From positions 1,344,001 to 1,408,000 of the forward strand of contig OY762654.1 in assembly GCA_963666205.1 (NCBI GenBank): a stretch of DNA of 64,000 nt, given 5' to 3'. Made by a program: the position numbers and the translations under genes. The notes under the pieces were generated by a model. It did not search any database, was not told where the DNA came from, and saw only the letters and a list, made by a program, of their open reading frames with translations. Source of the stretch: Synergistales bacterium (GTDB taxonomy: Bacteria > Synergistota > Synergistia > Synergistales > JAFGMB01). Positions 47,963 to 57,822 of this stretch are shown piece after piece; the stretch's first letter is position 1; every line of letters begins with the position of its first letter.

Positions 47963-48888
47963 CAGAAAGTAAAAAAGTTTTTTCAAAACCTGAAGGTTCA
48001 TGGGTAGCACTTATTACCCCTTTTACTGAAGATGACAGGGTCGACATGGACGGATTTGCAACGCTTGTTGATTTCCACGTAAAGAACGGTTCCGACGGAG
48101 TAGTTTTCATGGGCTCCACAGGGGAAGCAACTTCTCTGGATATAGAGGAAAAGAAAGAGATCATTTCAGCCATGGCGGACTATTGTAAAGGAAAGATCCC
48201 TGCCATGTTCGGGGTAACATGCTCCACCACAAAACAGACCGTAGCTCTTGCACAGCATGTTGAAGCCAGGGGCGGAGAAGGAGTGCTTATGGTAGTACCG
48301 CCATATATCATTCCGCCGCAGAAAGCCATTTTCGACCTTTTTGCAACTGTGGCACGATCTGTATCCATCGGGGTTACTCTCTATAACAACCCGGGAAGGG
48401 TGATCGCAAACATTGACCCGTCAACGATTGAAATGCTCGGAGAAATGGACAACGTATTAGCCATCAAGGAAGCATCCCCAAGTATCACACAGCTTATGGG
48501 CGCTGTTCAGGCTGCAGGAAATAAAATGAATGTCCTTTGCTGCGATTCTCCAAAATTCGGTTTGATCCTGCCCCTTATGTCCATGGGCGGACATGGTACA
48601 TCAAATGTTACGGGCAATATCATCCCGGCAGAAATGGCCAGACTTTCCAGGCCATGGGAAACAAAAGAACATGTTTTTGAAGCCAGGGAAACCTTTTTCA
48701 AATACAAACCCCTTATGGAAGCAGCTTATTCGGCAAGCAACCCCATAGCCATAAAGGCTGCCGTCGGTCTTCTCGGCCTGCCTGCAGGGAAACCGAGGCT
48801 GCCGTTGACTCCCCTGGATAACGTGAAACTGGAAAAAATGAAAAAAATGATCGAGACATTCCAGCTTCGGGAAAAATACGGCCTTTAA
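47959..48888 (+). CDS. Dihydrodipicolinate synthase (DapA/NAL) family aldolase, probably catabolic
   Basis: ALITPF, GSTGEA, LYNNPGR, AIKEAS, NPIAIKAA, PRLPL. Confidence 0.85.
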   Translation: MTESKKVFSKPEGSWVALITPFTEDDRVDMDGFATLVDFHVKNGSDGVVFMGSTGEATSLDIEEKKEIISAMADYCKGKIPAMFGVTCSTTKQTVALAQHVEARGGEGVLMVVPPYIIPPQKAIFDLFATVARSVSIGVTLYNNPGRVIANIDPSTIEMLGEMDNVLAIKEASPSITQLMGAVQAAGNKMNVLCCDSPKFGLILPLMSMGGHGTSNVTGNIIPAEMARLSRPWETKEHVFEARETFFKYKPLMEAAYSASNPIAIKAAVGLLGLPAGKPRLPLTPLDNVKLEKMKKMIETFQLREKYGL

Positions 48889-48900
48889 CAGGGAGGTTTT

Positions 48901-49299
48901 TTGAATATGCTCACAAAAATGAGTCTGCAGAATAGTGAAGATTTTCTTCTGACCCTTGGGCCGGGGGAAGATATCTACAAGGAAATAGAAGCCTTTTTCA
49001 GGGCCTCGGGTTACAGGGAACTTGTCATAACAAGTGCTATCGGTTCGATGCTTAAAGCTGTACTGAATTATCCCAGGGATAAATCCCTTCCCCCGGTAAT
49101 TGAATCAAAGGAAGTAGAAGGACCCTTTGAAATAGCTTCAATGGTTGGAACAGTCCGTTACATCGAAGATGACAAAGTACACATACACATGCACGGTTCC
49201 GTTGCAGATAAAGGTGATCAGATATACGGAGGTGCTCTTGCCCGAGGATGCACCACCTATAAAATGCTGGAACTGATAGTAAAAGGAGTTAAAGAGTAA
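48901..49299 (+). CDS. PPC/DUF296-domain protein
   Basis: L.PGED, SAIGS, GPFEIASMVG, HIHMHGSVA...GG. Confidence 0.85.
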   Translation: MNMLTKMSLQNSEDFLLTLGPGEDIYKEIEAFFRASGYRELVITSAIGSMLKAVLNYPRDKSLPPVIESKEVEGPFEIASMVGTVRYIEDDKVHIHMHGSVADKGDQIYGGALARGCTTYKMLELIVKGVKE

Positions 49300-49301
49300 A
49301 C

Positions 49302-49691
49302 ATGGCGGTTCTCTGGTTGAAACACTATATTCCCTCAAAGGATAAACAGGATCAGAATCCCGGGGTATATGAAAAGACATCTGTTTCTCTTGAAGAAATA
49401 GTACAGGCTTCAAAGAAACGTTTTAACGCATCTGGAGTAGACATTATGATCGAGAAAAAAGAATCCCCTGAATTCGACTCGAGAGGGGATAACGAGATCA
49501 CTGTTGAATGTCTCGAGATGGGCCTTAAGGAAACTTCTATACAGGATCTAACCAGTTCTGAAAATCTCAAGGCCCGGGGTTCAATGTTTCCCTGCCCCTC
49601 GAAGGAAACCCTCGAAAACATTATGCAGGACCTTCTTTTTCAGGCCATAGATCTGGCTGATAATGATGATTCAGCCTGCTCTGGCGGTTGA
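49302..49691 (+). CDS. Hypothetical protein, weak resemblance to DUF2703
   Basis: Co-transcribed ORF 2 bp after the DUF296 gene; family resemblance from memory only. Confidence 0.5.
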   Translation: MAVLWLKHYIPSKDKQDQNPGVYEKTSVSLEEIVQASKKRFNASGVDIMIEKKESPEFDSRGDNEITVECLEMGLKETSIQDLTSSENLKARGSMFPCPSKETLENIMQDLLFQAIDLADNDDSACSGG

Positions 49692-49759
49692 AGCCTGGAT
49701 TAGCCAATGGGTCCCATTGGTATGATTCCGGGCAATTGATACCACTTGCAGTAAATGCG

Positions 49760-49794
49760 ACCCGGGGCATAAGATTCTGCCCCGGGTATTTTTT
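49760..49794 (+). terminator. Intrinsic terminator of the TAXI-dapA operon
   Basis: ACCCGGGGCA...TGCCCCGGGT followed by ATTTTTT. Confidence 0.8.
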
Positions 49795-49880
49795 ACCATT
49801 GGAATATATCCTTTTTTCAGGGAGCGAGATTCATGAAAACTGCTGATTCAAGATCTGGCTCCGATTTTTTTATGTGAATA

Positions 49881-49959
49881 AAAAAAGAGACCGGTCGGCA
49901 TAAAGAAGTCTCATCCATCTGGCGAACCAGACGGGCGACTAGAGCCATACCTCCGTCTC
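49881..49959 (-). repeat. Hairpin family B, long form
   Basis: TCTGGCGAACCAGA (49918-49931) and GAGCCATACCTCCGTCT (49942-49958), shared with 59444-59486. Confidence 0.7.
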
Positions 49960-50120
49960 AAATGTTATTTCAGACCTTTCATACCTTAAAATCCAGTAAG
50001 GACATGAGAACCTGTTTCTTCCCAGATCTATGCTTATTCCGATCTAAACCAGTTCCTGCATCTGTCCCTGGACCATCTCATTTATTTCAAAAGAACACGC
50101 AATAATATTGGATCGATTTT

Positions 50121-51653
50121 TTATTTCAGATTCTCCAGATAGGATCCTGCCAGTTTTAAATGTCTATTCAGTTTACTCCTGTCCATTCTTTCAAGGTTTT
50201 TCAGCATTATTTTCTGCCTGGGATTTCTGCTGAATTCATCCCTGTGGACATGAATGAATCGCCAGAAAAGGGAATCAAGTATCTGGCACCACTCTCCCTT
50301 CTGGTAACGGCCCATCCTCAGCAGGTAGCCTGAACTGCACAGATACGGTTTAGTTACCATGCTTCCGCCGTCCGAGAACTGGCTCATACCATATACATTT
50401 GGAACCATTACCCAGTCGAAGGCATCGATAAAACGGGACATGAACCACCGATAAACCTCGTCAGGTTGGACCTCGCAGAGAAGAAGGAAATTCCCGAGCA
50501 GCATCAGCCTCTCGATATGATGAGCATAGGAATATTGTTCTACTTTTTTAAGGCAGATATCTATGGGGATAATCCCCGTTTCACCATTAATAAAAGATTC
50601 AGGAATCGCCCTTTCATGGCGCCAGAAATTTGAAGTTCTCATGATATTACCTCTTTTACGATAAACAAGACGCATAAATTCTCTCCACCCGCAGATCTGC
50701 CTGATAAATCCTTCTATATTGTTAACAGGGATATCTTTTTCTCCCACGTATTTCATCGTATCCTCAAGAACTTCCGAGGGAGTCAGTAACCCTGTATTAA
50801 GGGAAGAAGAGATCACGGAATGGAAAAGAAAAGGATGTTGAGGGGTCATGGCATCCTCATAGTCACCAAAATGACACAGTCTGTGATTTAAAAAATCATC
50901 AAGCATCTCCCTTGCATGATCCCCTGTAACAGGATAGATAAAATTGTTACAGTTACCTGGATTATCAGGATAATTTTTCCCGATTTCGGCAGCAAGATCC
51001 TCCAGATCGGGGGAATAAGAAAAACAAGGCAGGGAAGGGACTTCAATTTCCTGAGGCAGTTTTTGTCGATTGGATGGATCATGGCTCCATTTACCGCCTT
51101 TCGGTCTCCCTTTTTCATCAACAAGTATCTGAAAACGTTTTCTCTGGTTTATGTAAAAACTGGTCATGGAAAGCTGTTTTCCCCTTAGGGGAAGTTGGTC
51201 CTCCTCTCCCCTGAGACAAAGGAAAGCAGGTGATTCCAGAATTTCCAGTGAAAGGCCAGTTTGTTCTGAAGCATCCTTAAGTCTCTTTTCAAGAAGGTGA
51301 TCTGCGGGATCTGCCAGGAAAAGTTTCAGAATTCCTTTTTCATTAATATTTTCAAAAAGATCCCTGTATGCTGAAGCCCCCTTTTGATAACTGACAATTG
51401 CAGTTTCGTATCCTCTGGATGAAAGGTTTTTCTGATATTCAAGACATGATGCCATGTGAAGAAGCAGCTTCTGTTTCGAGAAACTGCAGGGGTACTTCCA
51501 GTCTTTCCAGAAAAGCTGGTCCTGGACTATAAAGACCCTTCTTCCCCTTTTTAAACATGGATGGTGTCTGAAAAGCTGTGTCGGGAAAACAAGAACTCCC
51601 TCATTAAGGGGTGAAGATTCCACTTTTTCTACTTTTATCTTTTCATTCTTCAT
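50121..51653 (-). CDS. Cryptochrome/photolyase-related protein (PhrB-like prokaryotic 6-4 photolyase group)
   Basis: LVFPTQLF, P.GGKWS.D..NR, FGDYEDAM, LFHS..S..LN.GLL, EGFIRQICGWREF, YAHHIERLM, DAFDWVMVPNVYGM, TKPY. Confidence 0.9.
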   Translation of the reverse strand: MKNEKIKVEKVESSPLNEGVLVFPTQLFRHHPCLKRGRRVFIVQDQLFWKDWKYPCSFSKQKLLLHMASCLEYQKNLSSRGYETAIVSYQKGASAYRDLFENINEKGILKLFLADPADHLLEKRLKDASEQTGLSLEILESPAFLCLRGEEDQLPLRGKQLSMTSFYINQRKRFQILVDEKGRPKGGKWSHDPSNRQKLPQEIEVPSLPCFSYSPDLEDLAAEIGKNYPDNPGNCNNFIYPVTGDHAREMLDDFLNHRLCHFGDYEDAMTPQHPFLFHSVISSSLNTGLLTPSEVLEDTMKYVGEKDIPVNNIEGFIRQICGWREFMRLVYRKRGNIMRTSNFWRHERAIPESFINGETGIIPIDICLKKVEQYSYAHHIERLMLLGNFLLLCEVQPDEVYRWFMSRFIDAFDWVMVPNVYGMSQFSDGGSMVTKPYLCSSGYLLRMGRYQKGEWCQILDSLFWRFIHVHRDEFSRNPRQKIMLKNLERMDRSKLNRHLKLAGSYLENLK

Positions 51654-51880
51654 AACAATTACACTCTCCAGTAATTATTCTTTGCAATATATTCTTTCAT
51701 TAACATACTGTTCTTGTAAATAGAATTTGACCAGAATCAGCATCTGAAGAGATGAAGCTGATTTAAAACTGACCGGGGAAGTTGTATGAAAGCTTAATGA
51801 TCAGAAGAGGCCCGATTTCAGAAAAGCTGACTTTACATCTAAAACAATGATCCAGACCACTTTCACATCTTGTATCTAAA

Positions 51881-51939
51881 ACAATTATGTCAAGTTTTCT
51901 ATATAAAAAACTTGACATAATTGTATCGGAACCTATACT
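51881..51939 (+). promoter_or_regulatory. abiE promoter overlapped by an 18-bp perfect inverted repeat (autorepression operator)
   Basis: ACAATTATGTCAAGTTTT (51881-51898) / AAAACTTGACATAATTGT (51907-51924); TTGACA 51912 and TATACT 51934. Confidence 0.8.
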
Positions 51940-51975
51940 TGTTACCAGAGATAACAACTTAAGGAGGGGGCTATT

Positions 51976-52710
51976 ATGCCCGTAATGAAAAAACTCAAGC
52001 AGGACATAGCCAGAATGGAAAGCGGAACCGTTTTTTCATACAATGATCTCAAATTCAGCGAATTACAAAAGGGCGCTCTTGCAAAAGCTCTCAGCAGACT
52101 TGTTAAAGAGGGAATCATTCAGAGATTCTCAAAAGGGAAATACTACAAACCGAGAAAAACCAGGTTTGGATACCTTCCTCCTGCAGAAGACCAGATTATT
52201 GAAAAATGCCTTACCAGAGAGGGAAAAACAAGAATTGGATATGAAAGTGGAATCAATATATATCGAAAACTTGGCCTTACTAACCAGATTTCGAATGAAA
52301 TAATAATAGCAACTTCGAAACTCGGGAAAAGTTCTTTTTATTTTAATAACATCAGAATTAAATTCATCCGACAGAAGAACACGATTACCGATAAGAACAT
52401 CTATTACCTGCAACTCCTGGATGCTTTAAAAGAAATTAAAAAGATCCAGGACAGCGATCTGAATCAGTCTTTGAGGATTCTGAAGACTAAATTACAGGAA
52501 CTGGATCCGAATGAACGAAAAAGGATGATATCTCTGGCAAAACGATACAACCCTGCTACCAGAGCTCTGTTTGGGGCATTGTTGGAAAGTATCGGAGAAT
52601 CTCCAGACGCTCTCTTGCCACTCAAGCGATCCCTGAACTCTCTCACCAGGTTTATTTTGAAACTGGATCCGCAGATCCTACCGAATAAAGCGTTATGGCA
52701 GATCGCTTAG
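51976..52710 (+). CDS. Type IV TA antitoxin, AbiEi-like (DUF6088-type)
   Basis: N-terminal wHTH KALSRLVKEG.I.R..KG.YYKP, GY.SG..IY..LGLT.Q; directly upstream of an AbiEii-type gene. Confidence 0.82.
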   Translation: MPVMKKLKQDIARMESGTVFSYNDLKFSELQKGALAKALSRLVKEGIIQRFSKGKYYKPRKTRFGYLPPAEDQIIEKCLTREGKTRIGYESGINIYRKLGLTNQISNEIIIATSKLGKSSFYFNNIRIKFIRQKNTITDKNIYYLQLLDALKEIKKIQDSDLNQSLRILKTKLQELDPNERKRMISLAKRYNPATRALFGALLESIGESPDALLPLKRSLNSLTRFILKLDPQILPNKALWQIA

Positions 52711-52722
52711 GTAACTGTCATA

Positions 52723-53697
52723 ATGAATATTCACGAAAACCCTGATTTATTCAACGATGTAGTTGACGCCACTTCAATATGGAAAGGGATAAGATCCCTC
52801 TATATTGAAAAGGATTATTGGGTATGCAAAGTGCTGAAAAACCTTTCCAATTCCATATTTCAATCTGAAATAATTTTTAAAGGAGGTACATCTTTATCAA
52901 AAGCATTCGGTATTATAGAGCGTTTCTCTGAAGATATTGACCTTGCGATCATAAAAAGGGACAACCTCACAGACAATCAGATTAAACGAAAAATGAAACA
53001 GGCTATAAGCTGTATTGCTTCAGACCTCAGAGAAGATCCCGCCGACCTACGAATGAGTAAAAGAGGACGCTTTCGTAAAATACCTTTCAAATACCCTCAT
53101 AGAAAAACTTCCTCAAGTATTGTTGATCAGGTTTCAGAAAACCTGTTGGTCGAATTTAACTCTTTTGCCGACCCCAATCCTGCATGTTCAAGAATTATAA
53201 CCAGCTATATCTATGATTTTTTGAAAGAAAATGGCGATGAAGAATTGATATCAGAATATGATCTCTATCCTTTCGAAGTCTCAACCTTATGCCCCAAAAG
53301 AACATTTACGGAAAAGATCTTTGCCATCGGAAGTACCTCATACAGGGAGCATGCTATTGAAAATTTAAAAACCGGTATCCGCCATTTCTATGATCTGCAC
53401 ATGCTCTTTTCACATAAGTACTTCGGGAATTTTATCAGTTCTACTGAATTTCCATTGTATTGCCACAAAGTAAAAGAAGCTGACCATACGAACGCTAACT
53501 TCGGACTTGATTGGGATACACATCCCTTGTCCTCAGCACCTATTTTCAAGAACCCCAATGAATACTGGGCAGAGATATCCCTCACATACGAAAGAGATTT
53601 TGGAGGACTGGTATTCGGGAATTTTCCGGATAAATCAGAGATCGAAAAATCTCTGATAGATATTTCAAATCATGTTATTGAGCACAGTATGGTTTAG
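52723..53697 (+). CDS. Nucleotidyltransferase toxin, AbiEii/AbiGii family
   Basis: IEKDYWV, FKGGTSLSKA...I.RFSEDIDL, RTFTEK, RHFYDL. Confidence 0.9.
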   Translation: MNIHENPDLFNDVVDATSIWKGIRSLYIEKDYWVCKVLKNLSNSIFQSEIIFKGGTSLSKAFGIIERFSEDIDLAIIKRDNLTDNQIKRKMKQAISCIASDLREDPADLRMSKRGRFRKIPFKYPHRKTSSSIVDQVSENLLVEFNSFADPNPACSRIITSYIYDFLKENGDEELISEYDLYPFEVSTLCPKRTFTEKIFAIGSTSYREHAIENLKTGIRHFYDLHMLFSHKYFGNFISSTEFPLYCHKVKEADHTNANFGLDWDTHPLSSAPIFKNPNEYWAEISLTYERDFGGLVFGNFPDKSEIEKSLIDISNHVIEHSMV

Positions 53698-53880
53698 ACC
53701 AAATTCACCGAGGAGTACGCCATAGAAAATGCTCTCGAAGATTACTGATGAATTTAAACATTGTTTTGTTATCAATGTTACAACATCCTGCTGACATAAA
53801 ACTGATCCCCAAGGGGTCACAACTCTGCAAAAGTGGAGATTACCCATTACAATTTGCCCTATTTGAATTACAGCAACTAT

Positions 53881-53917
53881 ATTGCATATAAATGCTTGAA
53901 ATAAAGCCTTGACTCCC
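53881..53917 (+). repeat. Repeat family A, decayed copy
   Basis: ATTGCATATAAATGCTTGAAATAAAGCCTTGACTCCC aligns colinearly with ATTGCATACATACGGTTAAAATCAAGGTCTGACCCC. Confidence 0.6.
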
Positions 53918-54061
53918 AAATAGTTGCTGATTTTAAAGAAAGAATTGGCCGACTTGAAAGATTTTCAGGAAAACTTTTAGTAAACTTGAAACTGATATGT
54001 TATTAGATTGAATAGAGTGTCGAAATAATTCTTACTTAGCAAATTTCAGGGGAGGAAGAGA

Positions 54062-54853
54062 ATGGCTATCAATCTTGAAGAGTGTTCTGCAAAACTCAAA
54101 AAACATCTTTTTCTGAGAACAGAACCATTGGGCATTGGGATGCTGAAGATGGGAGAAGAAAAACCGGATGGATTTCTTCAGCCTTATAAAGATCTGGGCT
54201 ATCATTTATCAACCTGCCAGGGTTTTGCATTATCGAGAAGGAGCAAAATGTCCCTTCTAATGACAATGAATGATATGTGGTGCTTTGAACCGGTTGTGGG
54301 ATTTGGTCTGGCTACTCCGCCAGAAGATTTTCTTGAGGGGCATAACAGGTATCCCGGCACTGCAAGTTCTCTTGAAGCAGGGAAACAATGGGCTTCCAAC
54401 ATGCCCCGTTTCGAGGTTGGCAAATACCAGGGTGTGCTTTCCGCTCCTCTATCTTCATTCGGAAGGGACAGATCTCCTGATGTGGTAATAATATACTGTG
54501 ATCCATCCCAGTTGACCCATATTATGAGAGCCGTTAACTGGATCGATGGACATGATATATATTCAAGGATCTCTGCGCATGCCGCCTGCGTATATGCGGT
54601 GATCCCCACCATGCTGGAAAATAATTTTCAGGTAGTTGTCCCCTGCGGCGGTGACAGAAGAAGAGCAGCAGCCCAGGATAACGAGATCATCTTCAGTGCA
54701 CCCGTTGATAAACTGGAAAAACTTGTAAAAGGTCTTGACGCGGTAGGAGAAGCAGATGGTGGGCTTCCTGTGCAATTTACACTTAAAGAAGAATACCCCC
54801 TGGAACCTCATTATAAAAAAATGGGCCTGGAAATAGGAATGAAACTGGATTAA
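54062..54853 (+). CDS. DUF169-family protein
   Basis: L.LRTEP.G, CQ...LSRR, APL....PDVVIIY..P.Q, AAC, PC.GDR..A..QD.E. Confidence 0.85.
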   Translation: MAINLEECSAKLKKHLFLRTEPLGIGMLKMGEEKPDGFLQPYKDLGYHLSTCQGFALSRRSKMSLLMTMNDMWCFEPVVGFGLATPPEDFLEGHNRYPGTASSLEAGKQWASNMPRFEVGKYQGVLSAPLSSFGRDRSPDVVIIYCDPSQLTHIMRAVNWIDGHDIYSRISAHAACVYAVIPTMLENNFQVVVPCGGDRRRAAAQDNEIIFSAPVDKLEKLVKGLDAVGEADGGLPVQFTLKEEYPLEPHYKKMGLEIGMKLD

Positions 54854-54911
54854 GGATAAATGTGAACACAGAACCGCAATTTTTGCAGAATATTGAATAA
54901 CAAACTACCTC

Positions 54912-54938
54912 AAGGGGAAGCTGTCAAAGCTTCCCCTT
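54912..54938 (+). terminator. Intrinsic terminator
   Basis: AAGGGGAAGCT-GTCAA-AGCTTCCCCTT followed by ATTATT. Confidence 0.7.
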
Positions 54939-55332
54939 ATTATTCACGACCGCATATGATGCAGACAACCCTTTTGCTTTAACCACGAAACATCTCAGTG
55001 CGTTCAGCTTGTCTGAAACAAAAAAAAGAGCTTTCAATATCAATAGGCTAGTACCCGGTTCTTGTGGTTCATGACATTTCTGTCGTCCGGGAACATGTGA
55101 TATATATCAATTGAAAGAAAACATCAGAAAATGATCATTAAAATAAAGGAAAGTGTAAGTTTCAGCCTTAAGCCAAATATGTATCGATATGCTATATTAG
55201 CATGGAGAATTGAGATGGCATTTTGTAGAGGGGTGAAATACTACGAAATTCCGGAATAACAATTTACATGAGTATGGCAAAATATTCAGGAACATATTAC
55301 CTGTTATAGGTCTTTCACTTTTTGTATCTGCC

Positions 55333-57822
55333 TTGTGGATACTTCATAAGGAGCTTAAGGATTACCATGTCCACGATATAATATATCAACTGACACAGAC
55401 CCCTTTAAGATTTATTCTTCTGGCATTTTTATTTACCTTGTTCGATTATTTTACTCTTACCCTGTACGATTTCCTTGCCCTTAGAAGCATAGAGCATCCA
55501 TTGGATTACGGCAATATCTGTTCGGTGTCATTCATTTCCTTTGCTTTTAGCCATAATATAGGATTTTCCCCGGTTTCAGGTGGATCTGTCCGTTACAGAA
55601 TATATACCTCACTGGGTCTTTTACCTGGTGAAATCGCGAGGGTAATAGCCTTTACCACCGGGACTTTCTGGTTAGGATACAGTATTGTTGGAGGGATTGC
55701 TTTTTTGTTTGACCCTCTTGTTCTGCCAGAACAATTTCATATACCCTTTGGTTCCCTCCATTTTCTTGGTATCCTGCTTTTGATCCCCGGGATTTTTTAT
55801 ATAGGATTTTCCCTTCTGAAACATGACACTCTCAAGATCAATGGAATAAAGATGAAACTTTATAGTCCTTCTATACTCCTTCCGCAGATTCTTATTGCTT
55901 TTTCTGACTGGATTCTTGCCGCATCTGTACTGTTTATATTGATACGGGATATTTCTGATATATCGTTTTTTTATTTTTCAGGTATTTTCCTGCTGGCTCA
56001 GCTCTCAGGAGTTTTGAGCCAGGTACCGGGGGGATTAGGTGTCTTTGAAACGGTTATAGTATTGCTTATGCCTCCATCCATTGACAGGCACTCTCTTTTG
56101 GGCACCCTTCTTGTTTACAGAGGTATTTATTACCTTATACCCTTTTTTACGGCAATTATATGCCTGGGATTCCGGGAAACAGGTTTGAACAAAAAGTTGT
56201 TAGTTGCTGGAGGAAAGAGGGTAGCTTTTGTTCTGTTTCCCTTGATACCCTACCTGTTTTCGCTGGGCACTTTTATAGCTGGCGCAATTCTTCTAGCAAC
56301 AGGTTCCCTTCCTGTACCTATAGGCTATCTGCAGTTTCTGGAGAAATATATTCCTCTTACATTAGTTGAGGTATCTCATTTTATGGGTGCTCTCACAGGT
56401 ATGGCTTTGATTTTTCTATCCGGGGGGCTGCGGAGAAAGATAGATACAGCCTGGTTACTTACGTGTGTTCTGCTTACATCGGGAATTATTTTTTCTATTC
56501 TGAGAGGTTCCCATTACGTTGAGGTCGGGATACTTGTGGCCATGCTCATTCCACTTATCCCGGCAAAAAAGCATTTTACCCGCAAAGGCATGCTGTTAGG
56601 GAACGTAATGAGCATTCAATGGCTGGCAAGCGTTTTTCTTGTTTTGATTACCACATCATGGTTAGGATTTTTTTCCTACCGTCATGTAAATTATTCATCA
56701 CAGCTATGGTGGCAGTTTACCCTTGAAAATAATGCGCCAAGATTCCTGAGAGCCCAGGCTGGAATTGTTATTTTCCTCAGTTTAATAGCCCTGAAACAGT
56801 TATTCACACATGCAAAAGCACAAGAGACCATGGGACAGATCGACCGATCCAGGGTCGAAAGCATAGTATCCCTTTCACCAAGAAGTGATGCTTCCCTCGC
56901 CCTTCTGGGAGATAAAAAGTTCTTGTTCAGCAATTCCGGAAATTCCATGATCATGTATGGTGTCCGTGGTAAAAGATGGATCTCCATGGGTGATCCTCTC
57001 GGGGTGAAAGAAGAATGGCCGGGTTTACTATGGGATTTTCGGGAACTTGCCGATAAATATGGTGGAAATGCTATCTTCTACCAGGTATCTCCCACACAGA
57101 TCGTGAATTATGTTGATATGGGATTGACCCTTGTCAAACTTGGAGAAGTGGGCAAAGTCCCTCTCTATGATTTCAATCTTGAAGGAAGTTCACACAAGAA
57201 GTTCAGGTGGACTCTCAGGAAAGCGGAAAAAGAAGGTTTAAGTTTCAGGGTACTTATGCCTCCAGAAACGAATATCATAATGGATAATATCGAAGAGATC
57301 TCCGATCTCTGGCTGGCTGATAAAAACACCAGGGAGAAAGGATTCTCTCTCGGATCTTTTAACAGGGAATACCTGGCCAGATTTCCTGTCGGGATAGTAG
57401 AGCTGAATTCCTCCATAGTGGCTTTCTCAAACTTCTGGGTCAGTTATGAGAAGGAGGAAATATCCCCTGATCTCATGCGTTATAAATCTGGCATTCCCTC
57501 AGAAGTAATGGATTATCTTTTTTTAAAGTCCATGATATGGGGAAAAGAACAGGGATTCAGATATTTTAATCTTGGAATGTCTCCACTTTCCGGACTTGAA
57601 GGACATAAAATGGCGCCCTTATGGCAAAAGTTCGGGAATTTCCTGTACCGTCATGGAGAATATTTTTATAATTTTCAGGGATTAAGAATGTACAAAGATA
57701 AATTTTCGCCCCAATGGGAAGCACGCTACCTCGCATTTCCTGGAAAATTATCTCTGCCAGGAACATTGGCAGATGTGTCGGCACTTATTGCCGGGGGAAT
57801 ACCTGGCATCTTCGGGAAATAA
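55333..57822 (+). CDS. mprF: Bifunctional aminoacyl-phosphatidylglycerol flippase/synthase
   Basis: GGSVRYRIY, SQVPGGLGVFE, YRGIYY, LALLGDK, MGDPLG, KLGE, EKGFSLG, DLMRY, FNLGMSPL, YNFQGLR.YK.KF.P.WE; the true N-terminus probably lies upstream (see findings). Confidence 0.92.
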   Translation: MWILHKELKDYHVHDIIYQLTQTPLRFILLAFLFTLFDYFTLTLYDFLALRSIEHPLDYGNICSVSFISFAFSHNIGFSPVSGGSVRYRIYTSLGLLPGEIARVIAFTTGTFWLGYSIVGGIAFLFDPLVLPEQFHIPFGSLHFLGILLLIPGIFYIGFSLLKHDTLKINGIKMKLYSPSILLPQILIAFSDWILAASVLFILIRDISDISFFYFSGIFLLAQLSGVLSQVPGGLGVFETVIVLLMPPSIDRHSLLGTLLVYRGIYYLIPFFTAIICLGFRETGLNKKLLVAGGKRVAFVLFPLIPYLFSLGTFIAGAILLATGSLPVPIGYLQFLEKYIPLTLVEVSHFMGALTGMALIFLSGGLRRKIDTAWLLTCVLLTSGIIFSILRGSHYVEVGILVAMLIPLIPAKKHFTRKGMLLGNVMSIQWLASVFLVLITTSWLGFFSYRHVNYSSQLWWQFTLENNAPRFLRAQAGIVIFLSLIALKQLFTHAKAQETMGQIDRSRVESIVSLSPRSDASLALLGDKKFLFSNSGNSMIMYGVRGKRWISMGDPLGVKEEWPGLLWDFRELADKYGGNAIFYQVSPTQIVNYVDMGLTLVKLGEVGKVPLYDFNLEGSSHKKFRWTLRKAEKEGLSFRVLMPPETNIIMDNIEEISDLWLADKNTREKGFSLGSFNREYLARFPVGIVELNSSIVAFSNFWVSYEKEEISPDLMRYKSGIPSEVMDYLFLKSMIWGKEQGFRYFNLGMSPLSGLEGHKMAPLWQKFGNFLYRHGEYFYNFQGLRMYKDKFSPQWEARYLAFPGKLSLPGTLADVSALIAGGIPGIFGK

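Noticed and set aside
49918-49960. ZTP (pfl) riboswitch, suggested by GTCGCCCGTCTGG on the minus strand
   Set aside because: The GUGACUG 5' motif and the GGGC end are missing, the homologous copy at 59.4 kb lacks the sequence, and no gene lies downstream on that strand.
53665-53919. 84-aa minus-strand ORF or transposase remnant after abiEii
   Set aside because: No HUH or other transposase motif in the frames read; overlaps abiEii and the decayed repeat.
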